From contig CAVWWD010000004.1 of the NCBI GenBank assembly GCA_963758635.1, forward strand, positions 288,001 to 352,000: 64,000 bases of DNA, given 5' to 3'. Positions within the stretch are counted from its first letter, which is position 1. Every line of letters starts with the position of its first letter. Both the position numbers and the translations under genes were made by a program. The notes under the pieces are model-generated. The model made no database searches, was not told the origin of the DNA, and worked only from the letters and a program-made list of their open reading frames with translations. Positions 54,074 through 64,000 of the stretch are shown here, piece after piece. Source of the DNA: an uncultured Candidatus Rokubacteria bacterium. GTDB lineage: Bacteria > Methylomirabilota > Methylomirabilia > Rokubacteriales > CSP1-6.

Positions 54074-55394
54074 ATGGACCGGCGGCCGCAGCAGACGCAG
54101 CTCCCGCGGGGCGTGAAGCTCTACCTGCCCGACGAGGCGGCGCAGAAGCGCGCGGTCGAGGAGCGGCTCCTCGGCGTGTTCCGGCGCTGGGGCTACCGCG
54201 AGGTGGTCACGCCCGCCTACGAGTACTTCGACGTGCTCTCGCTCGGCACCGATCACGACCTGCAGGAGCAGATGTTCAAGATGGTGGACCGCGAGAGCGG
54301 GCGGCTCCTCGCGCTCCGCGCCGACGTGACGCCGCAGATCGCGCGGATCGTGGCCACCCGCCTGCGCGACGAGCCGCGGCCGCTGCGCCTGGCCTACGTG
54401 GCCAACGTGTTCCGTTACGACGATCCGCAGGTGGGGCGATACCGGGAGTTCTACCAGGCCGGGGTCGAGCTGATCGGGCTGCCGAACCCCGAGGCCGACG
54501 CCGAGATGATCGCGATGACGGTGGAGGGGCTGCGCGCCCTCGGCCTCGAGGACTTCCAGCTCGACGTGGGCCAGACCGACTTCGTCCGCGGGATCCTCGA
54601 GGACCTGGGCGCGGCCGAGCCCACGGCGCGGCGGCTGCGCTCGGCGCTGGCCCGCAAGGACGTGTCGGCGCTGGAGCGCGACGTGGCCGAGCTGGCCGCG
54701 CCCGCCGCCGTCACCGATCTGCTGCTCGCGCTGCCCACCCTCTACGGCCGCGGCGACGTGCTGGAGCGCGCGGAGCGGCTGGTCAAGAGCGCGCGCTCGG
54801 AGGCGGCGCTGGCGAACCTCGCCGAGGTCTACCGCCTGCTGCGGCTCTACGGCCTCGCCGACTCCGTGCTCCTCGACCTGGGCGAGGTGCGCGGGTTCGA
54901 CTACTACTCGGGCCTGCACTTCGAGGCCTACGTGGCCGGCCTCGGCGCATCGCTCGCGGGCGGCGGGCGCTACGACCACATGCTGGGGCGGTTCGGGTAC
55001 GACTGTCCGGCCACGGGCTTCGCGTTCGAGGTGGGCCGCGCGCTGCTCGCCATGGAGTCGCGCGGCGTGGTGGCGCCGGTGCCGCGGCCGGACTTCTTCG
55101 TGATCGACTTCACGCCGGACAAGACGCGGGCGCTCGCGCTGGCCCGCCGCTACCGCGACCTCGGCGCCGCGGTGGCGCGCGATATCATCGGCCGCGGGCT
55201 CGACGACTCGCTGGCCCACGCGCGGCAGCAGCGGGCGCGCTGGGCGCTGGTCATCGGCGCGGCCGGCGGGGATCCGGACCAGGTCCGCGTGCTCGACCTC
55301 GAGACGGGGGTCGAGCGAACCCAGGCGGTCTCCGGCGCTCCTCGCGGAGCCGGAGCGACACTTCACGGTCTTTGGAGGGACGGAGCATGCCTAA
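54074..55394 (+). CDS. hisZ: ATP phosphoribosyltransferase regulatory subunit (frameshift near the C-terminus)
   Basis: LRADVTPQIAR, REFYQAGVELIG, DYYSG, GGRYD; directly upstream of purA; probable stop at 55392-55394. Confidence 0.85.
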
Positions 55395-56751
55395 CATCGT
55401 CGTGGTCGGGGCGCAGTGGGGAGACGAGGGCAAGGGCAAGGTGGTGGACGTGCTCGCGCCTCACGTGGACGTGGTCGTCCGCTACCAGGGCGGCAACAAC
55501 GCCGGCCACACCGTGGTGGTGGGCAGCGAGAAGTTCGTGCTGCAGTCGATCCCCTCCGGCATCCTCCACCGGGGGGTGCGCTGCGTGATCGGCTGCGGCG
55601 TCGTGATCGATCCCCAGTCGCTCATCGACGAGATGGAGTCGCTGGTGCAGCGCGGCGTGTCGCTCGACGCCAACCTCTACATCTCGAAGAACGCGCACCT
55701 GATCATGCCGTACCATCCCGCGCTCGACCGGGCCTCGGAGTCGCAGGCGGGGGCGCGGCGCATCGGCACCACCGGCAAGGGCGTGGGGCCGGCCTACGCC
55801 GACAAGGCCGCGCGCGTGGGCATCCGCATGGCGGACCTCCTGGACGAGCGGCTCTTCCGCGAGAAGCTCGTCTACAACGTGGAGCAGAAGAACCGGCTCC
55901 TGCGCGGGGTCTACGACGCCGAGACCTTCTCGGTGGAGGGGATCCTCGGGCCGTACCTCCGCTTCGCGGGCTGGCTCGCGCCCTACATCACCGATACCGC
56001 GCTGATCCTGTCGCGCTGGATCGACGGCGGCGCCTCGGTGCTCTTCGAGGGCGCGCAGGGCACCATGCTGGACGTGGACCACGGCACGTATCCGTTCATC
56101 ACGTCGTCCAGCACCACGGCGGGCGGGGCGGCCACCGGGACCGGCGTGCCGCCCACGCGCATCCACGGCGTGCTCGGCATCTCCAAGGCGTACGCCACCC
56201 GCGTGGGCGAGGGGCCGTTCCCCACCGAGCTGGCGGGCCCGGTGGCCGACCTCCTGCGCGGGCGGGGCAACGAGTTCGGCTCGGTGACGGGCCGGCCGCG
56301 GCGGTGCGGCTGGGTGGACGCGGTCGCCCTCCGCTACGCGACGCGGATCAACGGCCTCGACTCGATCGCCATCACCAAGCTCGACGTCCTCGACGCCTGC
56401 GAGACCGTGAAGATCTGCACGGGCTACCGCTTCCGCGGCGAGATCGTCACCGAGTTCCCGGAGGAGGAGCGCATGTGGCAGGAGGCCGAGCCCGTGTACG
56501 AGGAGCTCTCGGGCTGGCAGAGCTCCACGCGGGGCATGCGCGAGTACGGGGACCTGCCCACCAAGGCGCGCGAGTACCTCGAGCGCCTGTCCGAGCTGGC
56601 CGGGGTGGGCGTGTCGCTGGTGTCCACGGGGGCGGTGCGCGACGACACCATCCTGGTGCGGGACTCCACCCTCACGCGGTGGTTCCCCGCGCTGACCGGC
56701 TGGGGATTCGGCCACGGAGCCGCCGAGGGACCCGGTCACCGCGCCGGTTGA
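55387..56751 (+). CDS. purA: Adenylosuccinate synthetase
   Basis: GAQWGDEGKGK, GGNNAGHT, EGAQG..LDVDHGTYP, TGRPRRCGW, TKLD. Confidence 0.97.
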   Translation: MPNIVVVGAQWGDEGKGKVVDVLAPHVDVVVRYQGGNNAGHTVVVGSEKFVLQSIPSGILHRGVRCVIGCGVVIDPQSLIDEMESLVQRGVSLDANLYISKNAHLIMPYHPALDRASESQAGARRIGTTGKGVGPAYADKAARVGIRMADLLDERLFREKLVYNVEQKNRLLRGVYDAETFSVEGILGPYLRFAGWLAPYITDTALILSRWIDGGASVLFEGAQGTMLDVDHGTYPFITSSSTTAGGAATGTGVPPTRIHGVLGISKAYATRVGEGPFPTELAGPVADLLRGRGNEFGSVTGRPRRCGWVDAVALRYATRINGLDSIAITKLDVLDACETVKICTGYRFRGEIVTEFPEEERMWQEAEPVYEELSGWQSSTRGMREYGDLPTKAREYLERLSELAGVGVSLVSTGAVRDDTILVRDSTLTRWFPALTGWGFGHGAAEGPGHRAG

Positions 56752-56821
56752 CCCTCGCCGACCCCGCGGCTAAGCTTCTCCGCGTGGTCAGTGGGCGAAG
56801 AGCGGTGCGGAGGACACGGCC

Positions 56822-59800
56822 GTGAGGTGCCCCCGGTGCCAGACCGACAACCGGGACGCCATCCGGTTCTGCGAGGAGTGCGGGGCCCGCCTGGAGCTCG
56901 CCTGCCCGAACTGCGGCTCCGCGGTCGCGCCCGAGAAGAAGTTCTGCGGCTTCTGCGGCGTCCGCCTGCAGGCGCCGGTGGCCACCGAGCGCTACGCCGT
57001 CCCCCAGAGCTACACGCCCAAGCACCTCGCCGAGCGCATCCTCGTCTCCCGGGGCGCCCTCGAAGGCGAGCGCAAGCAGGTCACCGTGCTCTTCGCCGAC
57101 CTCAAGGGCTCGATGGAGCTCCTCGCCGACCGCGATCCCGAGGAAGCGCGCAAGCTCCTCGATCCCGTGCTGGAGCGGCTGATGGAGGCCGTCCACCGCT
57201 TCGAGGGCACGGTGAACCAGGTGATGGGCGACGGGATCATGGCGCTCTTCGGCGCCCCCATCGCCCACGAGGACCACGCCGTGCGCGCCTGCTACGCCGC
57301 GCTCCGCATGCAGGAGACGGTGGGCTGGTACGCCGAGGAGCTGCGGCGCGGCGCAGGGCGTGGACGTGCAGATCCGCGTCGGCATCAACTCGGGCGAGGT
57401 GGTCGTGCGCTCGATCGGCTCCGACCTGCACATGGACTACACCGCGGTCGGCCAGACGACGCACCTCGCCGCGCGCATGGAGCAGCTCACGCGTCCCGGC
57501 GTCACGCTGGTCACCGGCCAGACGCTGCGCCTGGCCGAGGGCTACGTCGAGGTGTCGCCGGTGGGGCCGGTGCCGGTGAAGGGGCTGTCCGAGTCGGTGG
57601 CGGTGTACGAGCTGCTCGGCGCGGGCCCGGTGCGCTCGCGCCTTCAGGCCTCGGCGGCGCGCGGGCTCACGCCGTTCGTGGGACGCGAGTCCGAGCTGGA
57701 GCAGCTCCGCCAGACCCTCGACCGCGCGCGCGGCGGCCACGGGCAGGTGGTGGCGCTGGTCGGCGAGCCCGGCGTCGGGAAGTCGCGGCTCCTGTGGGAG
57801 TTCACGCACTCCCACCGGACCCACGGCTGGCTCATCCTCGAGAGCGGCGCGGTGTCCTACGGCAAGCTCACGTCGTACCTGCCGGTGGTGGACCTGCTGC
57901 GCGCGTACTTCCAGATCGAGGACCGGGACGACCGCCGGAAGGTGCGCGAGAAGGTGACGGGGAAGCTCCTCACCCTGGACGAGTCGCTCCGCCCCACGCT
58001 GCCCGCGTTCCTGACCCTCCTCGACGTGCCCGTCGACGATCCCGACTGGCAGGACCCCGACCCGCCGCTCCGGCGCCGGCGCATCCTCGAGGCGGTGAAG
58101 CAGCTCCTGCTCCGCGAGGCGCAGGTGCAGCCGGTGCTGCTGGTGGTGGAGAACCTCCAGTGGGCGGACACCGAGACGCAGGCGTTCCTGGACAGCCTCG
58201 TGGAGAGCCTGCCCACCGCGCGCTTCATCCTGGCCCTCACGTACCGGCCGGAGTACCAGCACGGGTGGGGCGGCCGCAGCTACTACACCCAGATGCGGCT
58301 CGATCCGCTCGCGCCGGCCAGCGCCGAGAGCCTCCTGCAAGCGCTCCTCGGCGACGATCCGTCGATGACCCCGGTGAAGCAGCTCCTGATCGAGCGCACG
58401 GAGGGCAACCCGTTCTTCCTCGAGGAGTGCGTGCGCACGCTCGTGGAGACGCGCGTGCTCACCGGGGAGCGCGCCGCCTACCGGCTGGACCGCGCGCCCA
58501 CCGGCATCCAGGTGCCGGCCACCGTGCAGGCCGTGCTCGCCTCGCGCATCGACCGCCTCACCCCCGAGGACAAGCGCCTGCTGCACGCCGCGTCCGTCAT
58601 CGGCAAGGACGTGCCGCTGGCGCTGATCCGCGGGATCGCGGAGATGCCCGAGGACGCGCTGCGTGAGAGCCTGGCCCGCCTGCAGGCCGCGGAGTTCCTG
58701 TTCCAGCGCGGCCTGTTCCCGGACATCGAGTACACGTTCACCCACGCCCTGACCCACGACGTGGCGTACGCGAGCCTCCTCCAGGACCGCCGCCGCGCGC
58801 TCCACACGCAGATCCTCGAGGCGATGGAGACGCTGTATCCGGAGCGCCGGTCCGAGCAGGTGGAGGTCCTCGCGCATCACGCCTACCGGGGCGAGAAGTG
58901 GGAGAAGGCGGTGCTCTACCTCCGCCAGGCCGGCATCAAGGCGAGCGGGCGGTCGGCGAACCAGGAGGCCGCGGCGTTCTTCGAGCAAGCCCTGGCCGCG
59001 CTCGCGCACGAGTCGGACGGCCGCGAGAAGACGGAGCAGGCGATCGACCTGCGCCTGGACCTGCGGCCGCCGATGCTGCAGCTGGGCCAGCTCTCGCGCG
59101 TGCTCGCGCTGTCGCAGCAGGCCGAGAACATGGCGAAGCTCATCGGCGACGAGCAGCGGCTGGCCCGCGTGTACACGTACCTGAGCAACTACCACTACCT
59201 GAAGGGCGAGCCGGACCTCGCCATCGGCTACGGCGAGCGCTGCCTGGCCATCGGCGAGGCGGCGGGGGACATCGCGCTCCAGGCGCTGGCCCGCGGGTAC
59301 ATGGGCTACAGCCACCACGCCCAGGGCCATTACCGCGAGGCGGACGTATTCCTCCGGAAGAACGTCGAGATGCTCGACGGCGGGCGCTGGTTCGAGTCCG
59401 GCGCGCAGACCGGCATCCTGCACGTGAGCTCGGCGGGCTGGCTCGGCTTCGCGCTGGCCGAGCTGGGCGAGTTCGAGGCGGCGCGCGCCTGCGTCGACCA
59501 GGCCCAGCGCGCGGCCGACACCGCGAACCACGCGTACGGGCAAACCATCGCGTGGACCATGACCGGCCTGGTGGCCCTGCGCAACGGCGACCTGGACCGC
59601 GCGCTCCTGTTCCTGGTGCGGAGCCTCGAGGCGAGCCGCGAGAAGGCGCTCACCGTGTGGCGCCCGATCCCGTCGTCGCTGCTCGGCCTGGCGTACGTCT
59701 ACGCCGGCCGCGTGCCCGAGGGCCTGGAGCTCCTCGAGCAGGGGGTGACCCTGACGGAGGAGCTGGGGGTCAAGGCCTACCTCGCCCTGTGGACGGCGAA

Positions 59801-60515
59801 CCACGCCGAGGGCCTGCTCGTCGCCGGCCAGGTGGACGCCGCGCGGGCCCGCGCGCAGGAGGCGCTCGACCTGGCCCTCGCCCACAAGGAGCGCGGGCAC
59901 CAGGCGTGGACGCTCTACCTGCTCGCGGAGATCGCCGCGAGCGGCGAGCATCCCGACGCCGGCCGCGCCGAGGCCACGTACGGGCAGGCCGCCGTCATCG
60001 CCGAGGAGCAGGGCATGGGACCGCTGCGCGCCCGCATCGCGCTCGGGCTCGGACGGCTGCACGTGCGCGCCGGCGATCGCGTCCGGGGCGAGGACCAGCT
60101 CATGGCGGCCACCGCGCTCTTCCGCGACATGGACATGCGCTACTGGCTGGAGCAGGCCGGCGGCGAGCTGAAGGCCCTGGGGCACGTGTTCGTGATCGCC
60201 GAGGACCACAAGAGCCTCTACGAGTTCCTCGGCGCGGAAGTTCGGCGAGGACACGCACGTCCGCGTCATCCTCGACCGGCGTCACGGCGATCGGCGGCAC
60301 GTGGTCGCCGCGCCCGGCTCGGAGCGGCGACGGGTCGAACGGCGGCAGAAGGCGGTGGACGCGATGCTCCGCTCGCGCGGCTTCGCCGTCGTTCCCGACC
60401 CGCCGACCAACGGGGGCGATCAGGAGAAGCGCGCGGCGAAAGCGCCGCCGAGCCGCCGCGCGTCGATCCCACCCGGCGCGGAAAACCCTCGCCGCCGCGG
60501 CGGCCGCGGGCGTAG
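56822..60515 (+). CDS. Double zinc ribbon + class III nucleotidyl cyclase + AAA ATPase + TPR-like protein (frameshifted; end approximate)
   Basis: Four CxxC motifs; TVLFADLKGS, GDGIMALFG, TTHLAARMEQ; Walker A GEPGVGKS; TEGNPFF; FTHALT. Confidence 0.88.
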
Positions 60516-60517
60516 CG

Positions 60518-60700
60518 ATGGTTCCCGTCGAGGTCGAGGCGTTCGGGCTGCTCGCGTTCGGCGTGATCGTGCTGGCGCTGGTGCTGGCCCTTCAGGTCAT
60601 CCCGCGGCGGCTCGTGCCGTGGCCCATCCAGGCCCTCGCGCTTGCCGTCGTGGCCGTGCTGGCGCTCATCGCGTTCAGCATCACCCGGATGCCGCGCTGA
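60518..60700 (+). CDS. Small two-helix membrane protein
   Basis: 60-aa ORF MVPVEVEAFGLLAFGVIVLALVLALQV...; two hydrophobic stretches. Confidence 0.5.
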   Translation: MVPVEVEAFGLLAFGVIVLALVLALQVIPRRLVPWPIQALALAVVAVLALIAFSITRMPR

Positions 60701-60785
60701 ACCCTGCGCGGGGTGCGGGCGCCCGGGCGACCGGTAGCGGCGCACCAGCACCCGCCCCTCGGACGCGAGCGGGCCGCGCCAATGA

Positions 60786-60887
60786 CAACCGGCGCGGCTG
60801 CTGGTGATCAACCGCAAGAGCGCGAAGGTGATCGGCCTCACAATCACGCCGGCGGCGCTCGCCCGCGCGGAGCAGGTGATCGAGTAG
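60786..60887 (+). pseudogene. C-terminal remnant of an ABC substrate-binding protein gene
   Basis: QPARLLVINRKSAKVIGLTITPAALARAEQVIE*, homologous to the ends of 45037-46029 and 60944-61939; in-frame stop just upstream. Confidence 0.7.
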
Positions 60888-60943
60888 TGGACCGGCGTGG
60901 GTGGTGGCGACGCTCGCCCGCCTCGCCGACAAGGAGACACGCG

Positions 60944-61939
60944 ATGCTCGACCGGCGCGCCTTTCTGGGCAGTCTCGCCGTTCTTGCCTGGGCGCGCGGG
61001 GCCGAGGCACAGCAGGCGGGGAAGGTGTACCGGATCGGCGTCTTGAGCTCGGGAGAGCGCGAGCAGGAGCAGGGCCTCCAGGCGGCGTTGCGCGAGCGCC
61101 TGCGCGGGCATGGGTGGGTCGAAGGCCAGAACGTCGGCATGGAGTGGCGGTACGCGCAAGGGCAGTACGCCAAGGCTGCGGAGCTGGCGGCCGAACTCGT
61201 CAGCCTCAAGATGGATCTCCTTATGACCCGCGGCGGCCCGATGACTGCCGCGGCCAAGCGCGCCACCGCCACGATTCCCATCGTGATGTGGAATGTCACC
61301 GATCCGGTCGGTATCGGTGTCGTGGCCAGTCTTGCCCGGCCCGGAGGCAACGTCACGGGACTCTCCGACGGGCAGGACCCGGCCATCATGGGGAAGCGGC
61401 TACAGCTGCTGAAGCAGGTGGCGCCCACCGTGACCAGAGTGGCGGTGCTCAGCCGGGCCGGCTCCGCCGCCGTCGTCCCCCCGGTGACCAGCTACCAGGT
61501 CGCGTTGGAGGATGGGGCCAAGGCGCTGGGACTGACCCTCCGCACGTGGCTGGTGCAGGGCCCGGAGGACATCGACCGAGCCTTCCGGGCGATGCACGAG
61601 GAGCGCGTCGACGCGCTTGCCGTGCCGTACCAGCCCGTCACCTGGACTCACCGGCGCCAGATCAGGGACCTCGCGGCCCGGCACCGACTCCCGGCGATGT
61701 ACATGCTCGGGGCGTACGCGATCGACGGGGGACTCATGGCGTACGGCGAGGATGAGCGAGAGGTCCCGGAGCGCCTCTCTGTTTACCTCGACAAGATCCT
61801 GAAGGGCGCCAAGCCCGCGGACCTGCCCGTCCAGCAGCCGACGAAGTTCGAACTCGTGATCAACCTCAAGACGGCCAAGGCTCTCGGTCTCACAATTCCA
61901 ACGGCGCTGCTGGCGCAGGCCGACCGGGTGATCGAGTGA
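60944..61939 (+). CDS. ABC transporter substrate-binding protein (ABC_sub_bind type, Tat-like leader)
   Basis: MLDRRAFL; SLARPGGNVTG; QQPTKFELVINLKTAKALG; AAGGAG RBS. Confidence 0.92.
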   Translation: MLDRRAFLGSLAVLAWARGAEAQQAGKVYRIGVLSSGEREQEQGLQAALRERLRGHGWVEGQNVGMEWRYAQGQYAKAAELAAELVSLKMDLLMTRGGPMTAAAKRATATIPIVMWNVTDPVGIGVVASLARPGGNVTGLSDGQDPAIMGKRLQLLKQVAPTVTRVAVLSRAGSAAVVPPVTSYQVALEDGAKALGLTLRTWLVQGPEDIDRAFRAMHEERVDALAVPYQPVTWTHRRQIRDLAARHRLPAMYMLGAYAIDGGLMAYGEDEREVPERLSVYLDKILKGAKPADLPVQQPTKFELVINLKTAKALGLTIPTALLAQADRVIE

Positions 61940-62043
61940 GCCCTCCGTGCCTGACCGCGTCCCGTCCTACCCGCGCTGTGGCTCCGAGGTGCCGGGCGAC
62001 CACCCGCGTCTCGTGGATCCGGGCACAGTGATGCGCCGAAGGG

Positions 62044-62072
62044 TTGACGCGTGAGGCATAACCATACAGACT
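62044..62072 (+). promoter_or_regulatory. Probable sigma70 promoter of the tRNA
   Basis: TTGACG-17 nt-CAGACT, 9 nt upstream of the tRNA. Confidence 0.5.
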
Positions 62073-62081
62073 TCCCGACGT

Positions 62082-62157
62082 GAGCCGTTAGCTCAGTTGG
62101 TAGAGCTCCTGCCTTTTAAGCAGGGAGTCCCGGGTTCGAGTCCCGGACGGCTCACCA
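62082..62157 (+). tRNA. tRNA-Lys (anticodon UUU)
   Basis: Acceptor stem GAGCCGT/ACGGCTC, D arm GCTC..GAGC, anticodon arm CCTGC-CTTTTAA-GCAGG, T loop TTCGAGT, encoded CCA. Confidence 0.97.
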
Positions 62158-62280
62158 TACAATCTCAGCCACTTCGCCACCACCAGGCGTCTCCCCTCTC
62201 ACCCGCCAGTGCCGGCCTCGTGCCGGTTGCACCCTCGGGAACCGGCTTCGCCCGCCGTTCGACAGTGCTGTCATATCGTT

Positions 62281-62323
62281 AGGGCTCAGGTGCGCGTACC
62301 GCATGATTGTCGTTATCCTGATG
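62281..62323 (-). pseudogene. Tyrosine recombinase C-terminal scar
   Basis: HQD-(frameshift)-TTIMRYAHLSP resembles the LGHxxIxTTxRYAH catalytic-Tyr motif. Confidence 0.6.
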
Positions 62324-62376
62324 TTGCAGTCAGCCCGAACTTCGGCGGAGCCTCAAGCCAGTGGTAGTCTGCCGGC

Positions 62377-62667
62377 GTGACGTACGAGTGGGACCCGGTC
62401 AAGGCGGCCGCGAACGTCAAGAAGCATCGCGTCACTTTCGAGGAGGCCGCGTCCGTGTTTCTCGACCCCACAGCGCTCACATTCTGGGATCCGGATCACT
62501 CCCAGGAGGAGGAGCGCGAGATCACGATCGGCCGTTCCAGGCGGCAACGTGTGCTCTTTGTAGGGCACGCTGCGCGCGAGGGCCGTGTGCGAATCATCAC
62601 CGCGCGACGGGCAACACGCCGGGAGGAGGGACAGTATGAGGAGGGAATCGACGAAGCAAGGCAATGA
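62377..62667 (+). CDS. BrnT family toxin
   Basis: YEWDPVKAAANVKKH.VTFEEA, DPDHS.EEER.ITIG, RIITARRATRRE. Confidence 0.9.
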   Translation: MTYEWDPVKAAANVKKHRVTFEEAASVFLDPTALTFWDPDHSQEEEREITIGRSRRQRVLFVGHAAREGRVRIITARRATRREEGQYEEGIDEARQ

Positions 62668-62899
62668 CGACCTCAGGCCTGAGTACGATCTCGCCCGCCT
62701 GAAGGGCGGTGCCCGGGGTAAATACTACAAGCAGGCGGCGGCCGGAACGAACCTGATCCTCTTGGAGCCAGACGTAGCTCGTGCGTTTCCCGACAGTACG
62801 TCCGTGAACCGGGCTCTACGACTACTCCAAGAGGTCGCGGCGAAGAGTGCCAAGGGCCCCCGAAGATCCTCTGGTGCCCGGCGCAGAGCGACCGGGTAG
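62636..62899 (+). CDS. Cognate antitoxin (BrnA-like)
   Basis: DDLRPEYD...RGKYY...LEPDVARAFPD..SVNRALR; overlaps the toxin 3' end; GGAGG RBS. Confidence 0.8.
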   Translation: MRRESTKQGNDDLRPEYDLARLKGGARGKYYKQAAAGTNLILLEPDVARAFPDSTSVNRALRLLQEVAAKSAKGPRRSSGARRRATG

Positions 62900-63148
62900 C
62901 TTCGGCGTGTACCCGACGGCCTTGGGCCGCGGCTAACCCCTTGCGGGCGAGCGCTTGGTAGAAGCCGTCCCGGACGGCCCGCACGCACTTCTAAGGAGGG
63001 AGTCCCGGGTTCGAGTCCCGGCGGCTCACCACCCTTTGCTGAGATCGCCCCTCCGCCCCTTCTCTGAAGCCGTCCTTCCACCTTCAGTGGCCGTGGGTTG
63101 TGGGCATTGCCGTTGCACGGGGCGTTCGCCGGGAGGGAGTCCGCCACG

Positions 63149-64000
63149 ATGAACATCCTCGCCGTGAACTGCGGCAGCTCGTCCGTGAAGTTCCGCCTGT
63201 GCGCGGTGTCGCCGCCGGCCACGGCCGCCGCCGCGCCGCGCGTCCTCGCGCGCGGGCTGGTGGAGCGGATCGGCGGCGCGAGCGCCTTCTCGCTCGAGCG
63301 GGACGGGACGCCGGATCGGGGGCCCCGTGGCGCCATCGTCGATCACGAGGCGGCGGTCAGGTCGATCGTGGACTGGCTCCGCGCGGGCTCCCCGGCGCCC
63401 GACGCCGTCGGCCACCGCGTCGTTCACGGGGGCTCCCGGCTCGTGGCGCCCACGCTGATCGACGCGGCGACCGAAGGGGAGATCGAGGCCCTCGAGGCGC
63501 TCGCCCCACTTCACAACGGGCCGAGCCTGGCGGGCATCCGCGCCTGCCGCGCCGTGCTGGGCGCCGGGATGCCGATGGTGGCGGTCTTCGATACCGCCTT
63601 TCACGCGTCCCTGCCCGAGCGGGCCTACCGGTACGCGATCCCCGCCGAGCTCGCCGATCGCCACGGCATCCGGCGCTACGGCTTTCACGGGCTGTCCTAC
63701 CAGCACGTCGTGGCCCGGTACGCCGTGCTCACCGGGCGGCCGGAGACCGAGGCGACGCTCGTGGCGTTCCATCTCGGCAACGGCGCCTCGGCCGCGGCCA
63801 TCGAGCGGGGACGCTCGATCGACACGTCGATGGGATTCACGCCGCTCGAAGGCCTCGTGATGGGGACGCGCTCCGGGGACATCGACCCGGCGCTGGTCGG
63901 GTTTCTCTCCGAGCGCGAGGGGGTCTCGGCGGCCGAGGTGGAGCGATGGCTGAACGAGCGCTCCGGGCTGCTCGGCCTCTCCGGGACGAGCCGCGACATG
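63149..64000 (+). CDS. ackA: Acetate kinase (truncated by the window end)
   Basis: MNILAVNCGSSSVKF, GHRVVHGG, LAPLHN, VFDTAFH, RRYGFHG, HLGNGAS, SMGFTPLEGLVMGTRSGD. Confidence 0.95.
   Translation, partial: MNILAVNCGSSSVKFRLCAVSPPATAAAAPRVLARGLVERIGGASAFSLERDGTPDRGPRGAIVDHEAAVRSIVDWLRAGSPAPDAVGHRVVHGGSRLVAPTLIDAATEGEIEALEALAPLHNGPSLAGIRACRAVLGAGMPMVAVFDTAFHASLPERAYRYAIPAELADRHGIRRYGFHGLSYQHVVARYAVLTGRPETEATLVAFHLGNGASAAAIERGRSIDTSMGFTPLEGLVMGTRSGDIDPALVGFLSEREGVSAAEVERWLNERSGLLGLSGTSRDM

Larger units (their letters stand above)
62113..63031. mobile_element. Degraded tRNA-anchored mini-island (attL/attR-like duplication)
   Basis: tRNA 3' half 62113-62157 is repeated at 62988-63031 with 2 substitutions and 1 gap. 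Confidence 0.75.

Noticed and set aside
62988..63031. Second tRNA gene
   Set aside because: Only the 3' half is present, with no D arm or 5' acceptor strand; treated as an att-site duplicate.

Overview
This is a very GC-rich bacterial chromosomal window. The gene families (ABC_sub_bind-type binding proteins, a zinc-ribbon cyclase-AAA-TPR protein, a DRR..ERR tail domain) suggest Ca. Rokubacteria/Methylomirabilota, which is inference only. Many genes are broken by small indels, including housekeeping genes (rsmH, ftsQ, hisZ), which looks like long-read consensus error, so several CDS calls are joined across frames. 1-7.5 kb: two paralogous wHTH-ATPase regulators around a redoxin/epoxide hydrolase/cupin/SDR operon. 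7.5-11.9 kb: an accessory patch (DUF6883/DUF4926 pair, beta-propeller-cupredoxin, ECF sigma/anti-sigma) bounded by duplicated scars. 12-20.8 kb: arylesterase, fused indolepyruvate oxidoreductase, repeat protein, adenine deaminase-like, amidase, orphan pilin. 21-44 kb: dcw cluster lacking murG and ddl, then pgeF-yggS-proC-yggT-divIVA-DUF167-mtnA-SagB-like. 46-52 kb: stand-alone NRPS. 52-57 kb: aminotransferase-phosphatase-hisZ-purA. 57-64 kb: cyclase, binding protein, tRNA-Lys with a degraded mini-island (BrnT/BrnA-type pair plus integrase scar), and ackA. Best leads: (1) the NRPS, with an oxalate-CoA-ligase-like starter, a diamino-acid-type A domain and a Cys thioesterase; (2) a ~75-bp element family sitting at stop codons, two copies with 8-bp target duplications; (3) a covarying inverted hairpin pair after ftsZ; (4) a repeat shared between an intergenic site and the FtsI linker.
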